Notes: a model not told the origin generated them from the sequence alone. A stretch of 57,604 nt of DNA from Deltaproteobacteria bacterium (GCA_016283195.1 JAEEML010000063.1:1-57604), one strand, 5' to 3'. Counted from the first letter of the stretch, positions 9,529 through 19,378 are shown. Translations and numbers: made by a program.

Positions 9529-9761
9529 GAGCCGGAACTTTTACTCTCTGAGCGTGATTATAGTTGCCGCCCCTATTCCATGCCGGCAAAGTAAATCGGT
9601 ACATAGTAAAGATTTCCCTCTTTTTGAAAATCTTTAGTGCAACGCAGTATCTTTTTGCTGATGCGGATCCTAAACTTTGGGCAAAATATGTGGTTTCCGC
9701 AAAATGTTGCCGGCGCTTACAGCGTAACCTGGCGAATTAAATAAATTTTAGCTCAAGGTGG

Positions 9762-11228
9762 CTATTTGATTTTGCAAAGCAGCTTGGGGCCGAGAATCTC
9801 CAAAGCAGCAGAGAGAGCCGAAATGGAGGCGCCGACAATACCGGGCAGCAGAATACTTTGGCCGGCTAAATAGAGGCCGGGAATGCGCGTTTTAGCTGTA
9901 AAGCGGGCGCTTGAAAGCTGATCTATATTTTTGGCCAGGCCGTAAGCCGAGCCGCTCCTAATGCCTAAATAGCGCTCATAGGTAAATGGAGTAAAAGTAT
10001 CGATTATTTTAGCTTTTTTTAACTCAGGCAGAGCGACAAGCGCCACCTTGATTAAAGCTTCCGCCAGCTCTTCTTTTAGCTCTTTATAAGCCGGCTCGCC
10101 GGGGCTTGGCCAATTTTGGCTTATCGCCTGTGGAACCGGCAGTAAAAGCTGGGCGCTACCAGCCTCTTCGGCCGAAATGAAGAGCCATGGCGTTTGAGAT
10201 GTGGTAACAATTTCCCGCAAAAATTGCGGCATAGCGGCGAGGAAATCCGGCAAATATATATAATGATTATGCCTTAAAAAATCAGCATTTTGGGCAGAAG
10301 CTGCATTTCCCGCAAAAGCTATGCCTACCCCGGCCATACCGGCAGTGTAATTTTGCTCCCCAATGCGCTTTAAAAAGAGGGCAGTGCGTTTATCTTTAGG
10401 CTCTTTTAAAATGGCCGGCAAGGCGCCGATATCGCCGGTGTAAATAACTTTTTCGGCCATTAACTGTTCGCCACTTTGCAATTCGGCTACCAGGCTCCCT
10501 TCATGCGGGTAAAGGGCGGCTAATCTGGCGTTGGTGCGAATATTTACATCGTAGGCTGCCAGTTTTTTTAAAAATGAATTAATGAGGCTTTTCCCGCCGC
10601 CTTTTAGGCGCCAGGCACCACGCAAAAAGCTGTCATGAATGATTAAGTGGACATAAAGCGGGCACTCGGCCGGGGAAAGGCCATAAAGAAAACTCAAATA
10701 AGAAATGGTATTTATAAAATCTTTTGAAGCTTTTTGCTGCTCTAGCCAATGTAATAAAGATGTGCTTTCGTTAGGGCCTATTTCTTGGCCCTTAGGCGGG
10801 TTTAGGCGGTAGAGAGCAAAGCGCGAAACTGTCTCCTCCATTTGCCTAAAATAGGCCTCTATGATGCCTCTGTCATTGGGGAAAAGTGTCAGAAATTCTT
10901 TTTCTAACTTAGCCTTATTATTGGATAATCTTATGACTTTACCGCCAATATAAATGAGCTCGCCGCCCTCCTCGGTAAGGGGCAGAAAAGTCAAATCGCC
11001 GCTAAGATCCAAATACCCCCAAAGGCGGCCTAAAAAATCATTATCTCCCAAGAGCCCCATATAGTGCAGGCCGGTGGCCAGAGAATGGCCGGCGCGTCTA
11101 TAGGTTTGCAAGAGGCCGCCGGGGCGCGCCTGCTGCTCGATGACAGCCACTTGTTGCCCCTCTTTGGCCAAAAGAAGCGCGCTAGTGAGCCCGGCTATCC
11201 CCGAGCCGATGACTAGGGTATAAGGCAA
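9762..11228 (-). CDS. FAD-dependent oxidoreductase, phytoene desaturase / retinol saturase-like family
   Basis: VIGSGIAG dinucleotide-binding motif, GGLLQTYRR, TGLHYMG, FTPFTYERY..GSAYG, LYLAGQS..PGIVGA. Likely TTG start at 11228 after GGAG. Confidence 0.85.
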   Translation of the reverse strand: MPYTLVIGSGIAGLTSALLLAKEGQQVAVIEQQARPGGLLQTYRRAGHSLATGLHYMGLLGDNDFLGRLWGYLDLSGDLTFLPLTEEGGELIYIGGKVIRLSNNKAKLEKEFLTLFPNDRGIIEAYFRQMEETVSRFALYRLNPPKGQEIGPNESTSLLHWLEQQKASKDFINTISYLSFLYGLSPAECPLYVHLIIHDSFLRGAWRLKGGGKSLINSFLKKLAAYDVNIRTNARLAALYPHEGSLVAELQSGEQLMAEKVIYTGDIGALPAILKEPKDKRTALFLKRIGEQNYTAGMAGVGIAFAGNAASAQNADFLRHNHYIYLPDFLAAMPQFLREIVTTSQTPWLFISAEEAGSAQLLLPVPQAISQNWPSPGEPAYKELKEELAEALIKVALVALPELKKAKIIDTFTPFTYERYLGIRSGSAYGLAKNIDQLSSARFTAKTRIPGLYLAGQSILLPGIVGASISALSAALEILGPKLLCKIK

Positions 11229-11239
11229 GCGTATTCTCC

Positions 11240-14200
11240 CTATTTCTTGCGGCAAACAAAGGTTAAATTGGTGCCGAGCCCCAGTTCCGGCAGCTCTTTT
11301 TCTACAGTAAAGCCCGCTGTTTCCAGGAGCTTTAAATACTCACTTTTGCTTAAAAAGGTGAGCTCGTGGGCGCTTTTGTTGTGGCCGATGCCGGTAGCCA
11401 ATTTTTCAAAAAATTTCACATTTTTGTAGCCATGGCTCTCATCGCGGCAGCCATCGCGGAAGAGTAAAATGCCGCCCTCTTGCAGATGCAGGGCAATTTT
11501 CTTAAAAATTTCCAGCTGCTTATCTTGTGGCCAGTAGTGCGTGACATCTATCAAAAGAGCGCCGGCGGCTTTTTCCGGGAAATTTTCACTAAACATATCG
11601 CCGCATATATAGGTGGAATTTTGCGGATACATACTGTTTTTGGCGGCGATGGCCAGCTTACCGGCGTCATAATCAAGAGCCCAAATTTGCCGCAACGGGC
11701 TCTCATAGGCTAAAATATTAGCCATAAGGCCATAGCCGGTGCCGATATCCAAAATAGTGCCTGCACTTGGCAAGAGGCCGGGGAGGTGCCTAAAAATGGG
11801 GTCTATGGCCATTTTCCAGAAAATATACTGCTCATTATAAGGTCCGGTATAGGCATAATGAGCCATTAGCTCACGGCGAAAAGCCGGAGTTGCCGCCAAA
11901 TTACTGCGCGCTTTTTCATAGGCGCTGTTTATGATTTCCCGGAAATGGCTGGCCGCCTCTCTTGAAGTGCCTGAGAGTGTTTCCGGTGGCATAATAACCA
12001 CTTCTATAGCAAAGCGGCCGATAAACGGTGAGCCCTTGGCAATAGAAGAGCGGCTTTCAGCCAAAAGCACTGGCTGAATGGGAATATCTTCTTTAAGGGC
12101 CAGCTCAAATGCCCCTTTATGGAAACGCCCCAAAGTGCGCTCTATTTGCCTGCTGCCTTCGGGAAATATGAGAATATTTATCCCGGCTTTTATTAGCTTT
12201 TCGGCCCGCTCCAGTAAATCGTGGTTGTCATCTACCAGTAAAAAGCCGGCTTTGCGCACCATAAAGCCCATAAAAGGCACATCCCAGACCCATTTTTTTA
12301 CTACCATGCGCTGCTTGGGCAAAAAGGCTTCCAAAATGACGATATCGAGCATGGATTCATGGTTGGCTATATAAATGGCCGGGCTGGATTTTTGTAAATA
12401 TTTTAGGCCGGTTAAGTTTATTTTGCCAAATGGTATGGCGATAAGGGCTAGGCGGCAGATAATTTGCAAATATTTATTTAAGGCCGTTTCCAGTTTATCT
12501 TGGCGGCGCCGCAAAATAAGCCACAAAAGCGGGTAGAGAATAATAGTGCCCAAGATAGCACCGAGTATAAATACAGTGTAACCACAGAAAGTATTTATTA
12601 TTTGTACTAAAGTGACTGGCGCTTTGCCCGGTGCGGTGGCGGCGATGGGGCGCACAAAAAGGGGCACGGCCAGGAGTGCTGCTATCATGCCGCTGGCCAT
12701 GCCGATGGCGGCAGTAAAGCCCACGGAATTCATAGCCGGGTGGCTGGCAAGAGCCAGTGAACCCAAAGCGGCAATAGTGGTGAGTGCCGAAAGAATGATA
12801 GCCCCACTGGTGGTGCCTTTGCTGCTGCTTTTGGCCCCCTGGCGTGTTTCCAGCATATCGTTTATGACAAAGACTACATAATCAACCGACATACCAAAAA
12901 CGAAGACTACAAAGAGGCTGCTCATTAAGTTTATCGGCACGCCTATGTGGCCCATGATGCCGAAAGTCCAAGCCATGGCGCTGCCCATGGCATATATCAC
13001 CAGGAGGAGAAGCTCGGCCCGCCCCAGAGCCAAAAAGACGATAAGACAGACAACCAGTAGCGAAACAAGGCCGAAAGTCCACATAGAAGAAGTGACGATT
13101 TTTGAGAGATGATTTGTGTATAACTGGCCATGATACCAATGTAATTTCTGGAGATCAGCGCTGAGAATATCCACCGCTTTTTGGGCGTTTTCCGGGCTAA
13201 GGGTAACTCTTGTCAGCCCTAAATACTCGCCGCTTGGCCCTTTGGAATAATAGGCCTTAAAGACATCTGGCATGGCCTCTTTTAGCTCTTCGGGAGTTAT
13301 TAGAGCGCTCTCGGCTGAAGTTAGGAGACGGCTCATATATTGGGAAAAAGCCTCTTTTTTAAAGCCGGCTTCCTGTGCTGCTGCCGGCAAATAGTCGGTT
13401 AAACCGTCATTTTGGGCCTTAGCTATAATTTTGGCAAAAGCAGCGCGGTGTTCTTTTTGCAAATTTTCCGGCGGCAGGAGCATAGCCGGCGTACTAAAGT
13501 TGGAAATGGTAGCGTTTTTACGCAGCTTTTGCAAAATGGGCAGCAGTTTTTGTTGCTCTTTTGCCACTTCATCCATAGTGGGGGCAGATACTACTAAAAG
13601 CAGCTCACCCAAGAGTTCTTGCCCCCAGCGCGCCGTGATAGTGTTCTCCTGCTTTAGTGTTTTTGGCGCGGTGCCGCTGAGGTGGCGCATATCGCCATCG
13701 ATTTGCACTTTATTTATGCCGGTGAGTGCCACTATCCAGAGGGTAAGAACAATTAGCGCCGGCCATTTTTTATGGCTGTCATACCAGCGAAAGTAGCGCT
13801 CCATGAGGTTATTTAGTGCCAGTTTCGGGGGGCGTTTCTCTGAGCTTACTGCCGGCAAAAGATGGGGCAGGATAAAAAGGCTGAAGAACATGGCCGAAAG
13901 AATGCCCAATGAGGCCACAACGCCCAGCTGGCGTTGTCCCGGCAACATGGAAGTATTTAGGCACAAAAAGGCGCTGATAGTGGTGGCGGCGCCAATCATT
14001 ATGGGTGTGGCGAGGGGTGCCAGAATAGCTGCCGTCTTTTGCCCGGCGGCGGCGCAGTCGTAGCGGTATAAAATATGAATGGCGTAATCGACGGAAATAC
14101 CGATGAGCACCGCGCTAAAGCCCACTACTACGCCCTGAATTTCCGAGCTAAATAGCGAAAAGATGGCGAGCCCCAGTGCGCCGCCGAAGATTACCGGCAA

Positions 14201-15100
14201 ATATGAGTAGAAAATCATATACTTGCGTCTATAAGCCAAAAATACCAGCAAAGTGATGGCAATGAGGCTCACGGCCACAGTGAGGCCGATATCACGGCGG
14301 ATCATCACATTATTATCGCGCACGGCCGGGTGGGCGCCGGTGTAATTAACCACCACGCGCCCCTTGGGCTTATCCTTTAGGAGAGCGGCAATGATTTCAT
14401 CAACTTTATCGAGCATTGGCGCCGTTTTGCTGAAAACGGTGGCCGGGTAATCGGTCTGGGCTACCAGCATAATAGCCCGGCGATCGTTACTGACAACGGC
14501 GCCCTGATAAAGCTCATTGGTCATGCCGCCTTGCAAAGTGAGGAGCACCGGCCAATAGAGGCGGCGCAGGTTCAAAGGGTCGCTAAGAACCATCTGTTTG
14601 GGCAGCTCTCCGGGAGTTTCCATTAAAAAGCGGCGGTTTTGGGCCAGTTGCTCGCTTATGGCCTCTTTGGTCAGGAGTTTGGGCAGCTCTTCCAGCTGTT
14701 CCGGCCCGGAAAGCACGGGATAATGAGTGGCCAGTAAGTTAAAACCGGCGCCCACCAGCTCGTCATCTGTTTTGTAAGTAATAGTGCTAAAAAGTTGGCT
14801 GGCAGCGAGCTTTTCGTAAAGTTCATCAGCTATTTCAATTAGTTCGTCCAGTTCGCCGCTGGCCCCGTCATTAAAGGCTACCTCCATAAAGAGGCGGTTA
14901 TTATAATCAAAATTGCCATAGATGAGCAGCTGATCGGCCACAATGGAATCATCGGCCGGGAGCAAGGCTGTGATGCTCTCTTCCATCTCCAGCTTCTGGC
15001 CCACATAAAGAGAGAGGGCGGTAATAAGCGCTGTGAGCCCTAAAACCAGGGCGCGCCTTTTAGCCAGTATATTATATATAAAAGTGAAAAAGCTCTGCAT
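11240..15100 (-). CDS. Trifunctional MMPL-family transporter / lysophospholipid acyltransferase / class I SAM methyltransferase
   Basis: Two MMPL TM blocks (GISVDYAIH, GMSVDYVVF); PlsC motifs NHESMLD, FPEGSR, FHKGAF; SAM motif ILDIGTGYG. Confidence 0.9.
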   Translation of the reverse strand: MQSFFTFIYNILAKRRALVLGLTALITALSLYVGQKLEMEESITALLPADDSIVADQLLIYGNFDYNNRLFMEVAFNDGASGELDELIEIADELYEKLAASQLFSTITYKTDDELVGAGFNLLATHYPVLSGPEQLEELPKLLTKEAISEQLAQNRRFLMETPGELPKQMVLSDPLNLRRLYWPVLLTLQGGMTNELYQGAVVSNDRRAIMLVAQTDYPATVFSKTAPMLDKVDEIIAALLKDKPKGRVVVNYTGAHPAVRDNNVMIRRDIGLTVAVSLIAITLLVFLAYRRKYMIFYSYLPVIFGGALGLAIFSLFSSEIQGVVVGFSAVLIGISVDYAIHILYRYDCAAAGQKTAAILAPLATPIMIGAATTISAFLCLNTSMLPGQRQLGVVASLGILSAMFFSLFILPHLLPAVSSEKRPPKLALNNLMERYFRWYDSHKKWPALIVLTLWIVALTGINKVQIDGDMRHLSGTAPKTLKQENTITARWGQELLGELLLVVSAPTMDEVAKEQQKLLPILQKLRKNATISNFSTPAMLLPPENLQKEHRAAFAKIIAKAQNDGLTDYLPAAAQEAGFKKEAFSQYMSRLLTSAESALITPEELKEAMPDVFKAYYSKGPSGEYLGLTRVTLSPENAQKAVDILSADLQKLHWYHGQLYTNHLSKIVTSSMWTFGLVSLLVVCLIVFLALGRAELLLLVIYAMGSAMAWTFGIMGHIGVPINLMSSLFVVFVFGMSVDYVVFVINDMLETRQGAKSSSKGTTSGAIILSALTTIAALGSLALASHPAMNSVGFTAAIGMASGMIAALLAVPLFVRPIAATAPGKAPVTLVQIINTFCGYTVFILGAILGTIILYPLLWLILRRRQDKLETALNKYLQIICRLALIAIPFGKINLTGLKYLQKSSPAIYIANHESMLDIVILEAFLPKQRMVVKKWVWDVPFMGFMVRKAGFLLVDDNHDLLERAEKLIKAGINILIFPEGSRQIERTLGRFHKGAFELALKEDIPIQPVLLAESRSSIAKGSPFIGRFAIEVVIMPPETLSGTSREAASHFREIINSAYEKARSNLAATPAFRRELMAHYAYTGPYNEQYIFWKMAIDPIFRHLPGLLPSAGTILDIGTGYGLMANILAYESPLRQIWALDYDAGKLAIAAKNSMYPQNSTYICGDMFSENFPEKAAGALLIDVTHYWPQDKQLEIFKKIALHLQEGGILLFRDGCRDESHGYKNVKFFEKLATGIGHNKSAHELTFLSKSEYLKLLETAGFTVEKELPELGLGTNLTFVCRKK

Positions 15101-15123
15101 TATTTACTGGTAATCGCCCGGAA

Positions 15124-15519
15124 TTAAAAATGAAATCCGAAGATCATTTTGAGAGAATCAACTTGATCGCTAAAGGAATCAATCTGGTCGCTTACGGCAT
15201 CCAGCGCTTCAATGGCCATTTGCCCGGCCTTAGCGGCATCGACATAATGCATAAAGCCAGGAATGGCTACGGCTATAACTATAGCGAAAAGCATAAAAGC
15301 AAAGCCCAGAGCCAATATGATAGTCATAAAAATAGCGATAACTTTAGCTATTTTTACAAAATTTTTATCTTTGTCCGTCATGTCATCGGTAGAAATTTTG
15401 GCGGCATAGAGCCAGGCGAGCGGTGCAGCAATGGGGCACAAAATAGCGCTACCTAAGCTGAATAAAAAGCAGGCGAGAGCTTTAGAGCTGATATCTACGC
15501 CTTTTGGTTCGTTAGCCAT
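15124..15519 (-). CDS. Small membrane protein (DUF4190-like)
   Basis: Two hydrophobic blocks (KALACFLFSLGSAILCPIAAPLAW; IAKVIAIF..AIPGF); AAGGGA RBS; likely co-transcribed with psd. Confidence 0.6.
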   Translation of the reverse strand: MANEPKGVDISSKALACFLFSLGSAILCPIAAPLAWLYAAKISTDDMTDKDKNFVKIAKVIAIFMTIILALGFAFMLFAIVIAVAIPGFMHYVDAAKAGQMAIEALDAVSDQIDSFSDQVDSLKMIFGFHF

Positions 15520-15532
15520 GTGATTTTCCCTT

Positions 15533-16384
15533 TCAATTGGCCAAGTTGCCTACTTTTTGGCCATATTTAATGGCGGTGCCGATTGCCTCTCCATCAAGAG
15601 AGACGCGGCCTTTTTCAAAAAGCAGTACTACAGTTGAGCCGAGATTAAATACTCCGAGTTCCTGGCCTTTGGCCACAGGGTGCTCGCCAGCGGCATAATC
15701 TTTTTTTATAGTATCGCGGCACTTTTTGCGGTTGGTGACAAAATCGCCGTCATAAGCCAGAGTGATTTTTCCCACCGAAGTGGCGCCGATTTTTACGACA
15801 GCCACCAGGCCGACCTCGGTTTTTAAGAGGCTGATAAGCCGTTCATTGCGCACAAAGAGGTCGGTATGTACCTCGGTTGATTCTTTGAAAACGGGCAAAA
15901 GCCCGCCGGGAATGTGAATGGCTTTAATAACTTCGCCGGCTATGGGGCTATGAATGTGGTGGTAATCGGCCGGGCAGAGATAAAAAGTGGCAAAAGTGCC
16001 GTCGCGAAAGCGTTCGCCTAGCGCATCATCGCCTAAAAGGCGGTTTACCGGATAAGTAACACCTTTGGCTTGCACTGCCATTAGGCCGTTAAGTGTGCCG
16101 CATTGGCCATAAGCACCATCCACCGGCGAGACAATGGAGCGGGTATCAGCGTCTATTGGCCTCGCGCCTTCTTTTAAAACGCGGGTAAAAAGGGCATTTA
16201 CCGATTCATAACCGCCCGGCGGAACAAGTGCTTCCTCGGTGCTTATATGCAGCAATTTTTTGGCCATAAAGCAGTAAAATTTAACTAAAAATTTCGGGCG
16301 TTTAATGCTGGCGAACCAGCCCACCAGCCGGGAAAGAGAATTGTGGGGCAGATGAGCTACCCAGATGGCAAGTTGTCGTTTCAT
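15533..16384 (-). CDS. psd: Phosphatidylserine decarboxylase proenzyme
   Basis: FTRVLKEGARPID, SPVDG, YLCPADYHHIHSP, RNERL, FNLGSTVVLLF (LGST autocleavage motif); start MKRQ after GGAG. Confidence 0.93.
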   Translation of the reverse strand: MKRQLAIWVAHLPHNSLSRLVGWFASIKRPKFLVKFYCFMAKKLLHISTEEALVPPGGYESVNALFTRVLKEGARPIDADTRSIVSPVDGAYGQCGTLNGLMAVQAKGVTYPVNRLLGDDALGERFRDGTFATFYLCPADYHHIHSPIAGEVIKAIHIPGGLLPVFKESTEVHTDLFVRNERLISLLKTEVGLVAVVKIGATSVGKITLAYDGDFVTNRKKCRDTIKKDYAAGEHPVAKGQELGVFNLGSTVVLLFEKGRVSLDGEAIGTAIKYGQKVGNLAN

Positions 16385-16454
16385 GGCTACTCCAACAAAA
16401 GCGCTACCGGGCCTTTTAACATGTATGCAAGCAGGAAACAAGAGGAAGACTTAT

Positions 16455-16487
16455 CGGAAATAGCGGAACGAGACAAAGCTTTGGTGG
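16455..16487 (+). repeat. 33-bp direct repeat, copy A
   Basis: CGGAAATAGCGGAACGAGACAAAGCTTTGGTGG; 29/33 identical to 17698-17730. Confidence 0.85.
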
Positions 16488-16598
16488 GAGGCAGATTAGA
16501 TGGCTAGGGCTTTTAATTGGGTTAGAGAGAGGTATTATACGCTTTAAGAATATCTCTCCATTTTTAGCAATGCTCCTCACCCGGTCGCCGCCCACTTG

Positions 16599-16700
16599 GA
16601 CCTCACCCCACAAAATATTTGTAAATTCAAGTTGATTGGCCCCTCCCCACTGTGGGGAGGGGCGAATGGATGTAATTTCTTTTATGGACAGGGTGAGGTC
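16599..16700. repeat. 102-bp palindromic repeat (REP/MITE-like), copy 1
   Basis: Ends GACCTCACCC...GGGTGAGGTC; central perfect hairpin GCCCCTCCCCAC-T-GTGGGGAGGGGC; 94/102 identical to 56149-56250. Confidence 0.9.
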
Positions 16701-16717
16701 AAATGTGGTGAGGGCGG

Positions 16718-17719
16718 CTAGTCTTTGAGGCAACGCACGGAAAAGGTGCTATACTTAATGTTGCCGTACAGGTCCGCATCGTCATTAGCTATGTACAGGC
16801 TGTAGGCTAAGTCGGTATTGTTGTGCTCCGTGGCCGACCAGAAGCGGGCGCCGTAACCGAAATTGCGGTAACTGCGGCCGTTGTAGTAGCCAGCGGGCAG
16901 GGCGCTAAAGCCATAAGCATCTGCTCCGCTAGCAAAAGCGGATGCTCGCAGATTTTGCGAACGTTCTGCAACCGACTTGCCGGCAGCATTTAAAAGGCTT
17001 TTAAAATCAGCTTTTTTCGATAAATGCCAGCCTTTAGGGCACACTTTCATGGCGTCCTCCCATGTATAAAGGCAGCCATATTTAGCCACAAAATCCGGAT
17101 CTTCATCAGTATTAGCATCACAGGTAACCGGTGTGCCATCTGTTGCTTGGTCGGTAGCCATGTTCTCGGCCATCCAGATTTGCTCGCCAATTTTGGTTAC
17201 TCTATAAACATTGCCTTGCGTATCGGCCATATAATCGCTGGTGGTGTCGGCACAGTTTTTGGCTAAATCCCAGTGTTCATCACAGGATTCGCAATTGCCG
17301 TCGCCGTCCGGCCCCAGGCTAGGGGTGCCATGCTCACAATTTGTCTCATTGCTGTCGCATTTTTGGCCAAAGTAGCCATCTTCGCAGCGAGTACAGGTGC
17401 TAGAGCCATTTTCACAAGTGCCGTGCTGGCAGTCACAAGTTTGCTCTTCTTCATCGCTTGCGGCATCGCTTTGGCCATCGGTATCACTGGCAGCGTCACT
17501 TTGGCTGTCGTCACTCTTGGCATCACTTTGAGCGTCTTTGTCTTTGTCTTTGTCCTTGTCCTTATCGGTTTTGCCGTCTATCGGCTTTTGTTCCTGGTTA
17601 CCGGGTGTAGCGGGCTTTTCCTCTTCGTGAGCGCCGCAACCGATAGCCAAAAAGATGGCCAGCCCGGCAATATCACTCTCTGAAAGGCCGGTTGCGGCGG
17701 AAATAGCGGAACTAGGCAA
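16718..17719 (-). CDS. Cys-rich (EGF-like) lipoprotein with C-terminal Fibrobacter succinogenes major paralogous (FISUMP) domain; start uncertain
   Basis: LAIGC lipobox, DK/QSD linker, EGF-like Cys block, then YRVTKIGEQIWMAENM, YGCLYTW..A..VCPKGWHL, GFSALPAG, FWSAT, FSVRCLKD. No ATG or SD at the 5' end. Confidence 0.85.
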   Translation of the reverse strand: MPSSAISAATGLSESDIAGLAIFLAIGCGAHEEEKPATPGNQEQKPIDGKTDKDKDKDKDKDAQSDAKSDDSQSDAASDTDGQSDAASDEEEQTCDCQHGTCENGSSTCTRCEDGYFGQKCDSNETNCEHGTPSLGPDGDGNCESCDEHWDLAKNCADTTSDYMADTQGNVYRVTKIGEQIWMAENMATDQATDGTPVTCDANTDEDPDFVAKYGCLYTWEDAMKVCPKGWHLSKKADFKSLLNAAGKSVAERSQNLRASAFASGADAYGFSALPAGYYNGRSYRNFGYGARFWSATEHNNTDLAYSLYIANDDADLYGNIKYSTFSVRCLKD

Positions 17720-17730
17720 AGGTTTTGTGG
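17698..17730 (+). repeat. 33-bp direct repeat, copy B
   Basis: CGGAAATAGCGGAACTAGGCAAAGGTTTTGTGG; 29/33 identical to 16455-16487. Confidence 0.85.
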
Positions 17731-17804
17731 TTTGACTCTAATATCCGATATTGGCCTAATAGCTTTTTTCTGCTAGGCTGGCGGCGGCGCTTGCCGGAGG
17801 TTTT

Positions 17805-18551
17805 ATGGAAAACGATATAGCCATAGAGAATTTGCCCACCCATGTAGCCATTATTATGGATGGCAACGGGCGCTGGGCCAAAAGTCGCGGCGAAAAACGC
17901 CTGCTGGGGCACAAAGCCGGGGCACTGGCCGTCCGCGAAATCACTACCTATGCCCGGGAAATCGGCATTAAGTATTTAACTTTATATGCTTTTTCGCAGC
18001 AGAACTTCGGGCGCCCGGCCGATGAAGTAAAGGGGCTGATGCAGCTTTTGGTGGAGTATGTAAAAGGCGAATGGAATACCATTATGGATAACGGTATTCG
18101 CCTTACGGCCATTGGCGATATTGAGGCTCTGCCACTGGTTACGCGCACCGCTTTAAACTCGCTTATCAAAGCTTCGGCCAAAAATAGCGCCATGACGCTT
18201 TGTCTGGCTCTCGCCTATGGCGGGCGCGAAGAAATCACCGTAGCCATGCAAAAGCTGGCCAAAAAAGTGGCCGCCGGCGAGCTGGCCCCGGAAAAAATAA
18301 CTAAGGAGCTTATTAGCGAGAATCTTTACACTGCCGCCATGCCTGATCCGGATTTAATCATCCGCACCAGCGGCGAAATGCGCATATCCAACTTTCTTTT
18401 GTGGCAGCTGGCGTATAGTGAGTTTTACATCACCGACACCCTCTGGCCCGATTTTCACCGGGAAGAATTTTTAAAGGCTTTAAAAGCGTATGCCGGCCGT
18501 GAACGACGTTTTGGTCTCACCTCAGCGCAAATAAGCGCCGAAAATACATAG
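17805..18551 (+). CDS. uppS: Undecaprenyl diphosphate synthase
   Basis: HVAIIMDGNGRWA, LTLYAFS, YGGREEI, PDLIIRTSGEMRISNFLLWQ, RERRFG. Confidence 0.97.
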   Translation: MENDIAIENLPTHVAIIMDGNGRWAKSRGEKRLLGHKAGALAVREITTYAREIGIKYLTLYAFSQQNFGRPADEVKGLMQLLVEYVKGEWNTIMDNGIRLTAIGDIEALPLVTRTALNSLIKASAKNSAMTLCLALAYGGREEITVAMQKLAKKVAAGELAPEKITKELISENLYTAAMPDPDLIIRTSGEMRISNFLLWQLAYSEFYITDTLWPDFHREEFLKALKAYAGRERRFGLTSAQISAENT

Positions 18552-18562
18552 GGAGTATTTTT

Positions 18563-19378
18563 ATGTTATTAACAAGAGCACTTGCTGCTTTGATTTTTGC
18601 CCCGCTTTTTTTCCTGGCTATTCATTTTGATTCCTTAAGCACCTGGCCGCTTTTTGCCCTTTGTCTTATTGTGGCTTTTTTCGGCCTTTGGGAATACTTT
18701 GCCATGGCTGCGCCAAAACACCTGAGCGACCGCATTGTGGGCCAGGTGGTTGGTTTGGCTCTCGCTGCAGCCACCATGCTTGGTTTTGTGCAAACTGCCC
18801 ATTGGCCCCTCATATTACCGGCTGTGGCTATTATTGCTATTTGTGCCGTTGTTTTTAATCCGCTGCCTTTGGAAGAGGGCATAAAGCGCTCGGCGGCGCT
18901 TACTCTGGGTATTATCTATGGCGGTTTGCTTATTTCTTATCTTTACCTTTTGCGCCAAGGCAGTGATGGCCGTTTCTGGGCTATGAGTGCCATTTTTTCC
19001 GTCTGGTGCTGCGATACCGGTGCCTACTTTGCCGGCCGCACTCTGGGGCGCAGCGGCAAGCACAAATTTGCGCCTAATCTTTCGCCCAAAAAAAGCTGGG
19101 AAGGCTTTTTCGGCGGTATTATTTCGGCTATGTTGCTAATGCTTTTAACTCATTATATATATGCCCCGGCTTTCAGCTTTTGGGTGGCGCTTATTTTGGG
19201 AGCGGTAGCCGGCATAATGGGCCCCATCGGCGATTTGGCCGAATCGCTCTTGAAACGCTCTGCCGGGGTTAAGGATTCCGGCAAAATCATTCCCGGCCAC
19301 GGCGGTGTTCTGGACCGCTTTGATGCGGTTATCTTTGTTACACCGGTCTTTTACATCATAAGAGCCTTGTTTTTTTGA
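18563..19378 (+). CDS. cdsA: Phosphatidate cytidylyltransferase
   Basis: DTGAYFAG, SPKKSWEG, GDLAESLLKR..GVKDSG..IPGHGGVLDRFD; follows uppS. Confidence 0.96.
   Translation: MLLTRALAALIFAPLFFLAIHFDSLSTWPLFALCLIVAFFGLWEYFAMAAPKHLSDRIVGQVVGLALAAATMLGFVQTAHWPLILPAVAIIAICAVVFNPLPLEEGIKRSAALTLGIIYGGLLISYLYLLRQGSDGRFWAMSAIFSVWCCDTGAYFAGRTLGRSGKHKFAPNLSPKKSWEGFFGGIISAMLLMLLTHYIYAPAFSFWVALILGAVAGIMGPIGDLAESLLKRSAGVKDSGKIIPGHGGVLDRFDAVIFVTPVFYIIRALFF

Noticed and set aside
16416-16733. 105-aa ORF, and the 73-aa ORF at 56179-56400, sharing PSPxWGGA
   Set aside because: The similarity comes from translating the palindromic repeat, not from a protein family.
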